A stretch of 64,000 nt of DNA from Deltaproteobacteria bacterium (GCA_040218735.1 JAVJQW010000011.1:256001-320000); one strand, 5' to 3'. Counted from the first letter of the stretch, positions 1 through 11,069 are shown. A program made the numbers and translations. Notes: generated by a model from the letters alone, not told the origin.

Positions 1-482
1 ATCGTCCACTGGCTGCCGTTCCACCACACCCCGAGCGGGTCGCTCTGGCGTGGACCGAGGACCGGCGTCACGATCGGCATCACCCGCGGGTTGCCCTTGA
101 TCGCGGGGTGCTCGAGCACCGTCTGGTTGGCGCGGATGTTCGCCTTCGTAGCGCGGTGCTGGAACGCACCGGGAGCGTCGGGCGGCAGCACGAGGACGTT
201 GAACTGCGTGCCGTGCGGGATCGGCTTCTTGTTCATCGTCGCGATGGACCAGCGCCCGTTCCGGAAGACGACGCCGACCGGCGCCGGGAGATAGCTGCCG
301 TACACCTGAGACACAAAGACCCGCGCGTCACGTTGGCCGTCCACGGCGGGGTGCCTGAGCTGGGTCTTGTCACCCTTGGTCACCCCCGGCGAAGCGGTGT
401 GGACGAAGACCTGGGCGGCGAAAGCGTCGGTCGAAGCAAACGCGGTGACGAGGAGGAGCGCGGCTGGGCAGCGATGGAGCAT
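1..482 (-). CDS. Secreted repeat protein, truncated by the window edge (tandem ~75-aa 'FxH...HP...G.P...VGVW.NG.W' repeats)
   Basis: Translated by hand because it is not in the ORF track: MLHRCPAALLLVTAFASTDAFA (signal-like), then VFVHTASPG...HPAVDGQRDARVFV...VGVVFRNGRWSI and a second copy AFQHRATKAN...HPAIKGNPRVM...LGVWWNGSQW. The frame is open to position 1. Confidence 0.75.
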   Translation of the reverse strand, partial: MLHRCPAALLLVTAFASTDAFAAQVFVHTASPGVTKGDKTQLRHPAVDGQRDARVFVSQVYGSYLPAPVGVVFRNGRWSIATMNKKPIPHGTQFNVLVLPPDAPGAFQHRATKANIRANQTVLEHPAIKGNPRVMPIVTPVLGPRQSDPLGVWWNGSQWT

Positions 483-637
483 GAGGAACCTCGAGTCTGG
501 GCCGTTCGAGCGGGCCCGACATCGTCTAGAGCAGAAGTTGGGCTTTTCGTGAACCGTTGGACGGGTCCTCGGGCAGGACATTCATCGTCCGACGTTTCGC
601 GATGACGACGCGCAGCAGGTGTGCGACCTTTCGCGCC

Positions 638-985
638 ATGTCCCGGCTCGCGCTCGCCGCCGCCCTGATGCTCGCCGTCGTCGCGTGCTCGACCAAGACG
701 CTCGAGGAAGAGTGCATCGACCTGTGCGACCGCGCAGAGCGGTGCGTCGAGGAGTACGACCAGGCGCGCTTCGACACCTGCGCCGAGGGGTGCCGCGCCG
801 CGAGCGAAGAAGGGATGGCGTTCGTCGCCGACGGGACGATCACCCAGGCGTGTTTCGACACCAACACCGACGTCCTCAGCTGCTTCAACCGGCTCGACTG
901 CCTCGAGCTGCAGATGTCCCTCACCTCCACGCCCGCGCGCTGCCGAGACGAGTTCAGGACGCGCGAAGAGATCTGCTCGGAGTAG
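638..985 (+). CDS. Small cysteine-rich lipoprotein
   Basis: MSRLALAAALMLAVVAC lipobox, followed by CxxxC-rich mature part (CIDLCDRAERC, CAEGC, CF...CF...C). Confidence 0.75.
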   Translation: MSRLALAAALMLAVVACSTKTLEEECIDLCDRAERCVEEYDQARFDTCAEGCRAASEEGMAFVADGTITQACFDTNTDVLSCFNRLDCLELQMSLTSTPARCRDEFRTREEICSE

Positions 986-2005
986 TCACTCGGCGCCGCG
1001 TACGTCGCGCTCGAAGCGCGACAACAGACGGCTGCGCTCCGACGCCTGACTGAAACGCTCGAAGTCGAAGTCGATCAGCTGCTCCGCCGGCACGATCGGC
1101 GCCTCCTTCGGCACGCGCGCCGTCCGGTTCGACGGGATCTGAAACGCCTTCACGCCCGCCCCCAGCTCCTGCGCCTCCTTCGACAACGCCCAGTCGAAGA
1201 ACGCCTTCGCCTCGTCCTCGTGACGCGCGCCGCGGACGAGGCTCATACACCCGATCTCGTAGCCGGTGCCCTCCTCGGGGACGACCATCTCGATCGGGAA
1301 GCCCGACGCGATCTGCGTCGCGACGTCGTGCAGGAAGACCACCCCCACGCCCGTCTCGCCCCGCGCGGCGGCGCGGATCGGGGCGGCGCCCGACTTGGTG
1401 TACTGGTTTACGTTGCGGTCGAGCTTCGCGAGGTAGTCGAAACCTTCGTCTTCGCCGAAGAGCTGAACGATCGTCGCGAGCGCGGTGTACGCGGTGCCCG
1501 AAGAGCTCGGGTTCGCGATCTGGATCTCCTTGTCGAGCTCCGGACGCAGCAGGTCCGCCCACCCGCGGGGCGGCGTGATGTTCTTCTTCGCGAGCCACTC
1601 GCGGTTGTAGCCGAACCCGAGCGCCCCCATGTAGACGCCGGTCGTCCGGTGCTCGCCGTGACCCGCGGGATCGACGGCCCAGGGGTGGAGCTCCGCGAGG
1701 CGCGGGGAGCGGTAGGTTTCGGTGAGGCCGGCGGCGGCGGCCTGGAAGTGGGTGTCGCCGGTGCCGCCCCACCACACGTCCCCCTTGGGGTTGCGGCGCT
1801 CGGCCACGAGCTGCGCGTAGGCCTCCCCGCTGCTCTTGCGGATCATCGAGACCCGCACGCCCGAGGTCTGCTCGTACGCCGACGACAGCGCTTCGCACCA
1901 CTCGTGCTGCGCGCTGCAGTAGAGGACGAGCTTCTTGGGCCGCGGCCGGTCCGACGGTTTACACGCCACGACGAGCAGCAGCGCCAAGAGCCAGCGTCTC
2001 ACCAC
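986..2005 (-). CDS. ABC transporter substrate-binding lipoprotein, AfuA/FbpA (iron / sugar-phosphate) cluster
   Basis: Lipobox LVVAC; motifs LYCS, KSSGE, DVWWGGTGD, ANPSSSGTAYT, YTKSG, FLHD, EGTGYEIG. Last gene of the iol run. Confidence 0.85.
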   Translation of the reverse strand: MVRRWLLALLLVVACKPSDRPRPKKLVLYCSAQHEWCEALSSAYEQTSGVRVSMIRKSSGEAYAQLVAERRNPKGDVWWGGTGDTHFQAAAAGLTETYRSPRLAELHPWAVDPAGHGEHRTTGVYMGALGFGYNREWLAKKNITPPRGWADLLRPELDKEIQIANPSSSGTAYTALATIVQLFGEDEGFDYLAKLDRNVNQYTKSGAAPIRAAARGETGVGVVFLHDVATQIASGFPIEMVVPEEGTGYEIGCMSLVRGARHEDEAKAFFDWALSKEAQELGAGVKAFQIPSNRTARVPKEAPIVPAEQLIDFDFERFSQASERSRLLSRFERDVRGAE

Positions 2006-2832
2006 GTGACCTCGTCGAGCGACGTCACGACGGTGACCCGCTCGGGCGCGGGCGCGGTCTTCCTGCGCAACACCCAGAAGCCGCGCGAAGCCCCGAGCGC
2101 GAAGAGCGGCGCGATGTCGTCGGCGTAGCTGTCCCCCACCGCCCAGATCGTCTCGGGGGGGACGGGGTCGCAGCGTACGTCGGCGAGCACACGTTCGAAG
2201 AACGCGACGTGCGGTTTGCCGACCGGGTCGCCGATCGTGATGTCCTCGGGCGCCACCCCCGCGGCGACGACGCAGTCGAGGCGCGACATCTTCGTGCGAC
2301 GCGCGTGCTCCGAGTCGTAGCGGAACGTCCGCGCGGCGGCGTCGAAGGTGAGGTTGCCGTCGGAGTTCGTCGCAAGGTGCGCGTGCGCGCCCGCGTCGCG
2401 GACACGGCGCAGCGCGCGCGCGGCGTCGTCGAAGACCCGGCTCTCGTCGCGGAGGACGGCCCAGTAACGACCGACGGCCTCGTGCACGAACGCACCTTCG
2501 ACCTCGATCCCCTCCCGCTCGAGCGCAACCGCGAGCATCGTCTCGCGCGACCAGATCTTCAGGTCGTGACCGGCCTCGAGGACGCCGCGCTGCCAGCGTT
2601 GGATGTCGGCGACGAGCGCATCGAATTCGGCCGCGTCGTGCGCGGGGCCCGCGCGGAGCTTGGCGCGGAGGATGTCGTAGTGGGCGTCGAACCGCGCGGC
2701 GGCGCGTGCGCCGCGATCGCCGAAGGTGTCGACGAGCGTCGCCGTCACCGCTTCGACGGCGCGAGCCGCGAGCTGGTCCATGTCGACGAAGACGTCGTCG
2801 ACGTCGAAGATGACGAGTCGCGGCGGCGTCAC
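1999..2832 (-). CDS. HAD-superfamily hydrolase (putative phosphatase)
   Basis: Motif I IFDVDD, II ATNS, III GKP, IV VGDSYADDI. The GTG start overlaps the iolE stop (GTGA). Confidence 0.85.
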   Translation of the reverse strand: MTPPRLVIFDVDDVFVDMDQLAARAVEAVTATLVDTFGDRGARAAARFDAHYDILRAKLRAGPAHDAAEFDALVADIQRWQRGVLEAGHDLKIWSRETMLAVALEREGIEVEGAFVHEAVGRYWAVLRDESRVFDDAARALRRVRDAGAHAHLATNSDGNLTFDAAARTFRYDSEHARRTKMSRLDCVVAAGVAPEDITIGDPVGKPHVAFFERVLADVRCDPVPPETIWAVGDSYADDIAPLFALGASRGFWVLRRKTAPAPERVTVVTSLDEVTW

Positions 2833-3707
2833 TTCACCTCCGCGAGCCGCTCGCTCACGAACGTGTGCCCCATCTTCGCGAACTTCGCGGGCGGCGCGCG
2901 CTCCGGATCCTGGTCGGCCTCCACGACCCACCACCCACAGTAGTCGCGGGCTAGCCCCTCGAAGACCGGCGTGAAGTCGATGGCGCCGTCGCCGGGCACG
3001 GTGAACACGCCGTCGACGACCGCGTCGAGGAACGACGAGGACGCAGCGCGACACCGCGCGAGCGCGTCGGCGCGGACGTCCTTGAGGTGCACGTGCGCGA
3101 CGCGATCGCCCCACCGTTGCACGACCCGCGCGAGGTCACCTCCCGCGAACGTGAGGTGCCCGGTGTCGAGCAGCAGCTTCACGTGGGGCGACGACGACGA
3201 CAGGAGGCGATCGATCTCGTCCTCGGTCTCGATCACCGTCCCGGCGTGGTGGTGGTACACCAGGGTCAGGCCGCGCTCGGCGAGGTGGGCGCCGACCCTC
3301 GAGAGATCCTCCGCGAGCTTCGTGAGCGCGGCGGGGTGCATCGCGGGGCGCGAGCTCACCGACGCGCGCCGATCACCGTGCACCGCGCCGCCGACCTCGG
3401 CGACGATCATGACGTCAGCGCCGAGCGCGACGAGGAGGTTTCGGTGCGCCTCGAGGGCGGCGAGCTCGGCCTCGACGCTCCGCTCCAACAGGCGCGTCCC
3501 GTACCAGCCGGAGATCAGCGCGAGCCCGTGGTCGTCGAGCATCGAGCGGAGCCGCAACGGGTCACGCGGGAACTTGTGGCCGAGCTCGATGCCCGTGTAC
3601 CCCGCGGCTGCGGCCTCCGCGAGGCAGACCTCGACGGGGGTCTGCCCGCCGAGCTCGGGGAGATCGTCGTTGCTCCAGACGATCGGGTTGACGCCGATGC
3701 GGTTCAT
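2829..3707 (-). CDS. iolE: myo-inosose-2 dehydratase
   Basis: IGVNPIVWSNDDLPELGG, GIELGHKFP, YHHHAGT, LLLDTGH, HVHLKDVR, FTVPGDG, VVEADQDP; iol context. Confidence 0.95.
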   Translation of the reverse strand: MNRIGVNPIVWSNDDLPELGGQTPVEVCLAEAAAAGYTGIELGHKFPRDPLRLRSMLDDHGLALISGWYGTRLLERSVEAELAALEAHRNLLVALGADVMIVAEVGGAVHGDRRASVSSRPAMHPAALTKLAEDLSRVGAHLAERGLTLVYHHHAGTVIETEDEIDRLLSSSSPHVKLLLDTGHLTFAGGDLARVVQRWGDRVAHVHLKDVRADALARCRAASSSFLDAVVDGVFTVPGDGAIDFTPVFEGLARDYCGWWVVEADQDPERAPPAKFAKMGHTFVSERLAEVK

Positions 3708-5473
3708 CGCTGGGTCTTGGACACCGGCACGTCCCACCATGCGCCCCCCTCGGAGGTTCCACGCTCCGGATCCGTCTCGATCACCACGACGGCCGTTCGG
3801 TCCGCGGCCCGCGCGCGCTGCAGCGCCGCCGGGAGCTCATCGATCGAAGGAACGTGCTCGGCCGCCGCGCCCATCGCGCGGGCGTGCGCGGCGAAGTCCA
3901 CCCGCGGCACGTCCTCGTCGAGGAGGTTGTTGAACTTCGCGCCGCCCGTCGCTTGCTGCAGCCGGTTGATGCAGCCGAAGCCCCGGTTGTCGAGCAGCAC
4001 GATGATCAGCTTCTTCGCGAGCGCGACGCTCGTGACGATCTCCGCGTTGAGCATCAGGTAGCTCCCGTCGCCGACCATCACCACGACCTCGCGCTCCGGC
4101 CTCGCCATCTTCACGCCGAGACCGCCCGCGATCTCGTAGCCCATACACGAGTAGCCATACTCGACGTGGTAGCTACCGGGTTCCGTCGCTCGCCAGAGTT
4201 TGTGTAGCTCGCCGGGGAGGCCCCCCGCGGCGCACACGACCGTCGTCGCCTGCGTCGCAAACGTGTTCACCGCGCCGAGGACCTGCGCGTCGGTCGGCAC
4301 GCCTTCGGACGGCGCCGTCACCCGCTCCACCGCCGCCTCCCACGCGCGCGATCCGGCGGCGAGGCGCTCCTGCCACTTCGACGAAGCGCTCCACCCCTCG
4401 AGACCGTCGGCGAGCATCGCCAGGCCGACGTCCGCGTCCGCGACGAGCGGGTGCGTCCGGTGTTTGACGGCGTCGAACGCCGCGACGTTGAGCCCGACGC
4501 GGACGAGGTCATCGCGCGTGAACAACGTCCGCGACGCACTCGTGAAGTCCGACAGGCGCGTCCCGACGAACAGCACCAGGTCGGCCTTCGCCGCGAGGTC
4601 GTTCGCGACCGCCGTCCCGGTGACACCGATGCCGCCGACGGCGAGCGGGTGATCGTCCGGGATCGCGCCCTTCCCGGCCTGGGTCACGGCGACCGGCACG
4701 CCGAAGCGCTCCGCGAACTCCACGAGCCGCGCCGTCGCGCCCGCGTAGAGGACGCCGCCCCCCGCGACGATCAGCGGGCACGCGCTCGCGCCGATCTTCC
4801 CGATCGCCTCGGCGAGCTCCCAGTCGTCCGGCGCCGGACGACGGAGGCGCCAGGTCCTCCGCCACAGGAACGACGCGGGCATCTCGACCGCCTCCACCTG
4901 GACGTCCTGCGGGAGCGCGAGCGTCGCGGGCCCGCAGCGCACCGGGTCCATGAGGGTCTCCATCGCCGCCGGGAGCGCCGCGAGGATCTGCTCGGGGCGC
5001 GTGATCCGATCGAAGTACCGCGACACCGGCGCGAGGCAGTCGTTCGCCGTCACGCCGGGCGCGCCGAAGTCCTCGATCTGCTGCAGCACCGGATCCGGCG
5101 CGCGCGTCGCGAAGACGTCGCCGGGGAGCAGCAGCACCGGGAGCCGGTTGGCGTGGGCGGTCGCCGCCGCGGTGACGAGGTTGGTGGCGCCCGGCCCGAT
5201 CGACGTCGTCGTCGCCATCATGCGCCGCCGAAAGGTCGCCTTCGCAAACGCCACGGCCGCGTGGGTCATCGACTGTTCGTTGTGGCCACGGAACGTCGGG
5301 AGCTGATCGCGCTTCGTCGCGAGCGCCTGGCCGATCCCCGCGACGTTGCCGTGCCCGAAGATCGCGAACACCCCGCCGAACGCCGGCGCGACCGTCCCGT
5401 CGAGCTGCTCGCTGTCCTGCGCAGCGAGGTACGCGACGATCGCCTCCGCGACCGTCATCTTCACGGAGACCAT
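3704..5473 (-). CDS. iolD: 3D-(3,5/4)-trihydroxycyclohexane-1,2-dione acylhydrolase (ThDP-dependent)
   Basis: FAIFGHGNVAG, HNEQSM, TSIGPGATN, PDPVLQQIE, EYGYSCMGYEIAG, ThDP motif GDGSYLM...NRGFGCINRLQ, WWDVPV. Confidence 0.96.
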   Translation of the reverse strand: MVSVKMTVAEAIVAYLAAQDSEQLDGTVAPAFGGVFAIFGHGNVAGIGQALATKRDQLPTFRGHNEQSMTHAAVAFAKATFRRRMMATTTSIGPGATNLVTAAATAHANRLPVLLLPGDVFATRAPDPVLQQIEDFGAPGVTANDCLAPVSRYFDRITRPEQILAALPAAMETLMDPVRCGPATLALPQDVQVEAVEMPASFLWRRTWRLRRPAPDDWELAEAIGKIGASACPLIVAGGGVLYAGATARLVEFAERFGVPVAVTQAGKGAIPDDHPLAVGGIGVTGTAVANDLAAKADLVLFVGTRLSDFTSASRTLFTRDDLVRVGLNVAAFDAVKHRTHPLVADADVGLAMLADGLEGWSASSKWQERLAAGSRAWEAAVERVTAPSEGVPTDAQVLGAVNTFATQATTVVCAAGGLPGELHKLWRATEPGSYHVEYGYSCMGYEIAGGLGVKMARPEREVVVMVGDGSYLMLNAEIVTSVALAKKLIIVLLDNRGFGCINRLQQATGGAKFNNLLDEDVPRVDFAAHARAMGAAAEHVPSIDELPAALQRARAADRTAVVVIETDPERGTSEGGAWWDVPVSKTQR

Positions 5474-7335
5474 GCCCCACTCCCTTCGTACCGCCGCACG
5501 AGATCCACGAACCGCGACTCGACCTCGGCGACGAGCGTCGCGTCGTCGATCGCGCCCTCCAGCCAGCGCTTCGCCGCGGCGAAGAAGATCGTGCGCCCGA
5601 CCGCGAAGCCCCGACACCGCCGCGAACGACGCCCCGTCGCCATCGCGCGACCGAGCGCCTCGGGCGGACGGTCGAAGCCCAACATCATCACGCCCTGACA
5701 GTGCGGATCGAAGCGATCGATCACCGCCTCCACCTCCGTCCACCACCCGGCGTCGTCCGGCGCGGCGAGCTTCCACAGCTCGGGCCGCACGCCGAGCTCG
5801 TAGAGGCGCGTCATCGCCGCGGGCGCGGCCGATTCATGCAATTCACCGTCGTCGTCGAGCGGGAGGATCTCGAGCATCAGCGCGCGGTCCAACGACGCAC
5901 ACGCGCTCGCGAGGCGAACGATCTGTTCGTCCTGCCGTGCGCGTTTCTCGCTCGGCCCGAGGGTGTCCCGGACGAGGCACTTCACCACGTGGTGACGCGA
6001 CCACCGACGCAGCTCCAGCTCCACGTTCGGCGCACCGACGAACGCGAGCTCGGGGCCCGGCGCCTCGATCGGCCGCGCGAGCCAACACCTCCCGGTGAAG
6101 CGGTCGAGGACCTCCCGACCGAAGCGCCCGTCGACGATCATGCCGTCGGCCTCCCCCGCCGTCGCCGCCTCCGCGATCAACACCTTGAGGCGCTCGAGCT
6201 TCTGGGCGTCGGACGTGAGCGCGGCGAGCTGTGTGCGGTGGTCGAAGGCGAGCACACAGAGCGACTGGGGCATCGACCTGCGCGTCGTCGTCCGGTGGAG
6301 CACGGCGATGCGCTCGTCCCGATCGATCCGCGGGACTTCAGCCGCGCGCGCGAGGTAGTCCTCGAGCTCCTCGGCGGTGGGCATCGCCGGAGCACACGCA
6401 TGGCGCGACACCACGAGCGCCCCCGCCGCGTTCGCGCGACGACAACATTCGGCGATCGGCGCTCGTTTCGCCCAGCCGGAGAGGAACCCGGCGAGGAACG
6501 CGTCCCCCGCGCCGAGCACGTTGAGGACCTCGACCTCGGCGCCGGTCGAAACGAATCCGTCCTCCACGCTGTCGCCGATTGCCCCCTCGTAGACCACACA
6601 CCCGAGGGGCCCGCGCTTCATCACGATCGTCGCGTCCGACACGGCGCGAATCGAACGCAGCGCCGCGAGCGGCTCGGTGTGCCCGCCCGCGATCTGGATC
6701 TCCTCTTCCGTGCCGACGATCAGATCGCAGTCCGGCAACACCGTCATCAGGTGCTCCGTGACACGCCCGCTCTCGACGTAGCGCTCCTCGCCGAGGCCGT
6801 GCCCGGTGAGGCCCCAGAGCACGGGCCGGTAGTCGACGTCGAGGACCACGCGCACCCCGGCTGCCTTTGCGGCGCGGATGGCCTTTCGGCACGCGGCGTC
6901 GACCTTCGGCGTCGACAGGTGCGTCCCGGTCAGGTGGAGCACGCCGACCTTCGCGACGAAGGCGGGGTCGACGTCGTCCTCGCACAGCGCCATGTCGGCG
7001 CAGTCGGTGCGGTAGAAGATCAGCGGGAAGGTGTCCTTGTCGCGGATCGACAGCAGCACCAACGCGGTGAGGCGCTCCGGATCCGTCACCACCTGCGAGA
7101 CGTCGACGCCCTCGCGCGCGAGGGTCTGCCGCACGAAGCGGCCCATGTGCTCGTCGCCGACGCGCGTCAGCATCGCGACCTTCAGCCCGAGCCGCGACGC
7201 ACCCACCGCGACGTTCGCGGGTGAGCCGCCGAGCGACTTCTCGAACGACTGGACGTCCTCCAAGGGCGTGCCGATCTCCGCGCCGTACAGGTCGACGGCG
7301 GCGCGCCCGACGGAGAGCAGATCGATCTCACTCAC
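5461..7335 (-). CDS. iolC: 5-dehydro-2-deoxygluconokinase fused to DUF2090 aldolase-like domain
   Basis: PfkB N-terminus GRAAVDLY...GGSPANVA, DVDYRPVLWGL, GAGDAF; C-terminal LAFDHR...RPIE...WKL...GFAVGRTIF. Confidence 0.95.
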   Translation of the reverse strand: MSEIDLLSVGRAAVDLYGAEIGTPLEDVQSFEKSLGGSPANVAVGASRLGLKVAMLTRVGDEHMGRFVRQTLAREGVDVSQVVTDPERLTALVLLSIRDKDTFPLIFYRTDCADMALCEDDVDPAFVAKVGVLHLTGTHLSTPKVDAACRKAIRAAKAAGVRVVLDVDYRPVLWGLTGHGLGEERYVESGRVTEHLMTVLPDCDLIVGTEEEIQIAGGHTEPLAALRSIRAVSDATIVMKRGPLGCVVYEGAIGDSVEDGFVSTGAEVEVLNVLGAGDAFLAGFLSGWAKRAPIAECCRRANAAGALVVSRHACAPAMPTAEELEDYLARAAEVPRIDRDERIAVLHRTTTRRSMPQSLCVLAFDHRTQLAALTSDAQKLERLKVLIAEAATAGEADGMIVDGRFGREVLDRFTGRCWLARPIEAPGPELAFVGAPNVELELRRWSRHHVVKCLVRDTLGPSEKRARQDEQIVRLASACASLDRALMLEILPLDDDGELHESAAPAAMTRLYELGVRPELWKLAAPDDAGWWTEVEAVIDRFDPHCQGVMMLGFDRPPEALGRAMATGRRSRRCRGFAVGRTIFFAAAKRWLEGAIDDATLVAEVESRFVDLVRRYEGSGAWSP

Positions 7336-8128
7336 CCGAGGGCCACCACCCGTCGGCGCCGGGTTTCATCGTCCAGGTGTGCGCTTCCGTGAAGTCCGGG
7401 ACGTCGTAGCGGCGCTCCGGCAGGTGCCGAATCACCCACGCGTAGTACATCCCGTACCCCGGCGCGGCGCACTGCGAGTGATCGAGGCCGCCCTGGATCT
7501 TGATCGTGTCGTTCGGGCGGACCTTCTTCACGTCCTCGCCCAGCTCCGCGTGCCCGTAGCCGCGCGGGTCGGTGAAGCGGTAGTGATAGATCTCGTTCTG
7601 CGGGTGGTGGTGCGGCGGGTAACTCGACCAGCGCCCCGGGAGGTTCACGACCTCGCCGAGCACGAGCTGCGCGTTCTTCGAGGTGTTCGTGTCGTCGAAG
7701 ATCGTGCGCACGAACCGAAACGATGCATCGCGCAGCGCACCCTTGCCGCGACGTTCGTTGCGGACGTCGTCCGGACCGTAGAGCACCGGGTCGAAGCGCT
7801 CGCGGTTCGCCGCGCCGTACTCGGTGACCTCGACGTCCGTCTCACACACGAAGACCACCGCTTCGCCGGCCGCGACGTGCAGCGCCCAGGGGAGCTCGTC
7901 GAAGAGTGAGTCGCGGGAGATCGTGTGGGTGTCCCCGCCGAACGTCACGCGCAAGCGACCTTGCATCAGCAACCACGCGGTCTCTTGCTCCGTGGTCAGC
8001 TCGACGCGCTCGCCCGCGGCCCAGCGGACCACGGCGAAGTCCATGCCGCTGTCGTCGTCACCCGCCGAGACGACGGTAGTGCGTCCCGGCCCGAATCCGT
8101 CCCGGTGCGAGGTGATGTGCGCGCCCAT
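7328..8128 (-). CDS. iolB: 5-deoxy-glucuronate isomerase
   Basis: LVLGEVVNLPGRWSSYPPHHHPQNEIYHYRF, APGYGMYYAWVIRH; first gene of the iol operon. Confidence 0.93.
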   Translation of the reverse strand: MGAHITSHRDGFGPGRTTVVSAGDDDSGMDFAVVRWAAGERVELTTEQETAWLLMQGRLRVTFGGDTHTISRDSLFDELPWALHVAAGEAVVFVCETDVEVTEYGAANRERFDPVLYGPDDVRNERRGKGALRDASFRFVRTIFDDTNTSKNAQLVLGEVVNLPGRWSSYPPHHHPQNEIYHYRFTDPRGYGHAELGEDVKKVRPNDTIKIQGGLDHSQCAAPGYGMYYAWVIRHLPERRYDVPDFTEAHTWTMKPGADGWWPSGE

Positions 8129-8222
8129 GAGGGGGTGGATACCACCGAAGCCTCGAACGCGACCAGCGTAGGTGGGGCCACGAAGAGGCGGCCCGGCGCG
8201 GACCGTGCTTCAATGCGCGGCC

Positions 8223-9152
<930 letters not shown>

Positions 9153-9757
9153 CCGGCGTAGTACAGCGGTAGTCCGAAGACCTTGTTCGTGAAGCCGGAC
9201 ACCACGAACCGCTCGCGCGCGACGAACAGATCCGACAGGTAGAACAGCAGCGCGCCGCCGAAGATCGGCCAGGTGTCGGTTTGGTAGGACGTCGCGATCG
9301 CGGCGGCGAGCATCCAGGAGATCGTCGCGATGTACGCGAGCACGGGGACGCGCATCTTCGACTTCACGTGCGGACCGAGCCAGCGCCACACCACGGATGC
9401 GACGCCGAACAACGCGGCGACGAGCAAACCGACGTGGCGGTGGTTCACGCCGCGCGTCGTGAACGCGACGCCGTACATCACGTGCGCGATCAGGAACGCG
9501 ACGAGCCCGCAGAGGAACCAGTGCTTCGCCTTGGAGAGGAGGAAGGCGTCCCCGACCAGCGACAGCACGAGCCCCGCGAACACCAACGTGCCGTGTAGCG
9601 TGGAGAACGCGTCGTTGACGTAACCGAAGATGCAGAACGCGATCGACGCCGCGGTCTTTGCGACCGCCTTCAGCGTTCGGTTGTGTGTCCTCTCCGCGAA
9701 CAAGAGCGCCGCGACGAAGACGACACAGACGACGGCCCAAACCACGGGCGGAGGCTA

Positions 9758-10276
9758 CTACCGCGCGACGGCGGACCGCCACTTGGATCGAACGAGCGGC
9801 CACACCGCGTAGACGATCAGCGGTGACAAGAGCAGGACTTCGGTGAGCGCGACCGTCAAACCGCGCCCGGAGAGGAAGCGGTGCCCGATCGGCGCGACGG
9901 GGAGCGGTCGCCACGGGAAGAAGAAACGCTCGCTCGACAGCGGCCACAGGAGCGCGACGCCGAGCCCGCCGTCCGTGAACGCGTCGAGGACCGCGTGACT
10001 CGCCGTGACGAGACCCGCGGCGACCGCAAGCCGATGGCGCCCACTCCACGCCCACGTGATGCAGCCCACGATGATCGCAAACGCGAAGGAGTGGGTTGCG
10101 CCGCGGTGTCCGAAGTCGTGCGCGTAGGGGATGCCGAACGCAAACGCCACAACGTCGAGATCCGGCAAGAAAGACAGCGCCGTCAGGAAGAGGAACGTCC
10201 GCCCGACACGTTGATCAGGAGGACCGTACAGACGGGTCGCGGCCGCGGAGGCGACCAGGTGTCCGATGCTCGCCAT
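9758..10276 (-). CDS. YdjM-family inner-membrane metal-dependent hydrolase
   Basis: GH, LPDLD, HRGATHS, SHAVLDAFTDGG, LLWP motifs. Confidence 0.88.
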   Translation of the reverse strand: MASIGHLVASAAATRLYGPPDQRVGRTFLFLTALSFLPDLDVVAFAFGIPYAHDFGHRGATHSFAFAIIVGCITWAWSGRHRLAVAAGLVTASHAVLDAFTDGGLGVALLWPLSSERFFFPWRPLPVAPIGHRFLSGRGLTVALTEVLLLSPLIVYAVWPLVRSKWRSAVAR

Positions 10277-10376
10277 GTTCACCTACGACAACGCCCTACG
10301 TCGGCTCCAGCGTTCCGTAGGGACGTTCTGGTACGCTTTTCGTCAAGTCACTGCTCGACGATCCGAAGGAGGTAAC

Positions 10377-10952
10377 ATGCGGCGACGCGCCGGAATCGTT
10401 CTCGCGCTCTGGGTGCTCACTACGGGTGATGCGCTCGCCTCCGATCCCGCCCCCTCCCTCGCGAAGCTCGCGGTCGACAAACCGAAGGGCTTCGTCGAGA
10501 TGTACGTCGCCGCCGTGATCACCACGGACGGAGGGCCGGCGGTCGTGCTGCAGGACGCCGACAAACGACGCCTCCTCCCGATCTGGGTGGGCATGAACGA
10601 AGCGCACGCGATCCAGCTGCGCCTCGAGAACAAGAAGTTCGTTCGACCGTTGACCCACGATCTCCTCGACGCGGTCCTCGCGCGACTCGGCGGCGAGCTC
10701 GTCAAGATCCACGTCTCCGATCTGAAGGGCGACACCTTCATCGGGACGATCTTCGTGCAGACCGGCGGCAAGGTCGTCGACCTCGACGCGCGGCCCTCGG
10801 ATTCGATCGCCCTCGCGCTCGGCAACCACGCACCGATCTTCGTCGCCGAAGATCTGCTGGTCGAGATGGAGCGGGACGAGGCGGAGCCGGAGGACGAGAT
10901 CGTCCCGGAGTACAGCGTCGAGCACCCGCCCGACGGCATCGCGACGATGTAG
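10377..10952 (+). CDS. Bifunctional nuclease family (DUF151) protein with N-terminal signal-like peptide
   Basis: LPIWVGMNEAHAI, RPLTHDLL, DARPSDSIALAL, APIFV; Shine-Dalgarno AAGGAGG upstream. Confidence 0.9.
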   Translation: MRRRAGIVLALWVLTTGDALASDPAPSLAKLAVDKPKGFVEMYVAAVITTDGGPAVVLQDADKRRLLPIWVGMNEAHAIQLRLENKKFVRPLTHDLLDAVLARLGGELVKIHVSDLKGDTFIGTIFVQTGGKVVDLDARPSDSIALALGNHAPIFVAEDLLVEMERDEAEPEDEIVPEYSVEHPPDGIATM

Positions 10953-11041
10953 CGGGTGCACTCGGGCGCCGACTCGCACCTCGACCGGTGCGACGCGTCC
11001 GCAGGTGCACACGATTCGCCGCGCCCCGGCGGCCGAAGAGC

Positions 11042-11057
11042 CGGCACGTCGATTGCT
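11042..11057 (+). promoter_or_regulatory. Putative sigma54 (-24/-12) promoter
   Basis: CGGCACGTCGATTGCT has GG-N10-GC spacing and matches TGGCACG-N4-TTGCW at all but the first base. The predicted +1 (~11068) is just before the ATG at 11070. Confidence 0.6.
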
Positions 11058-11069
11058 CCTGCGTCCCCC

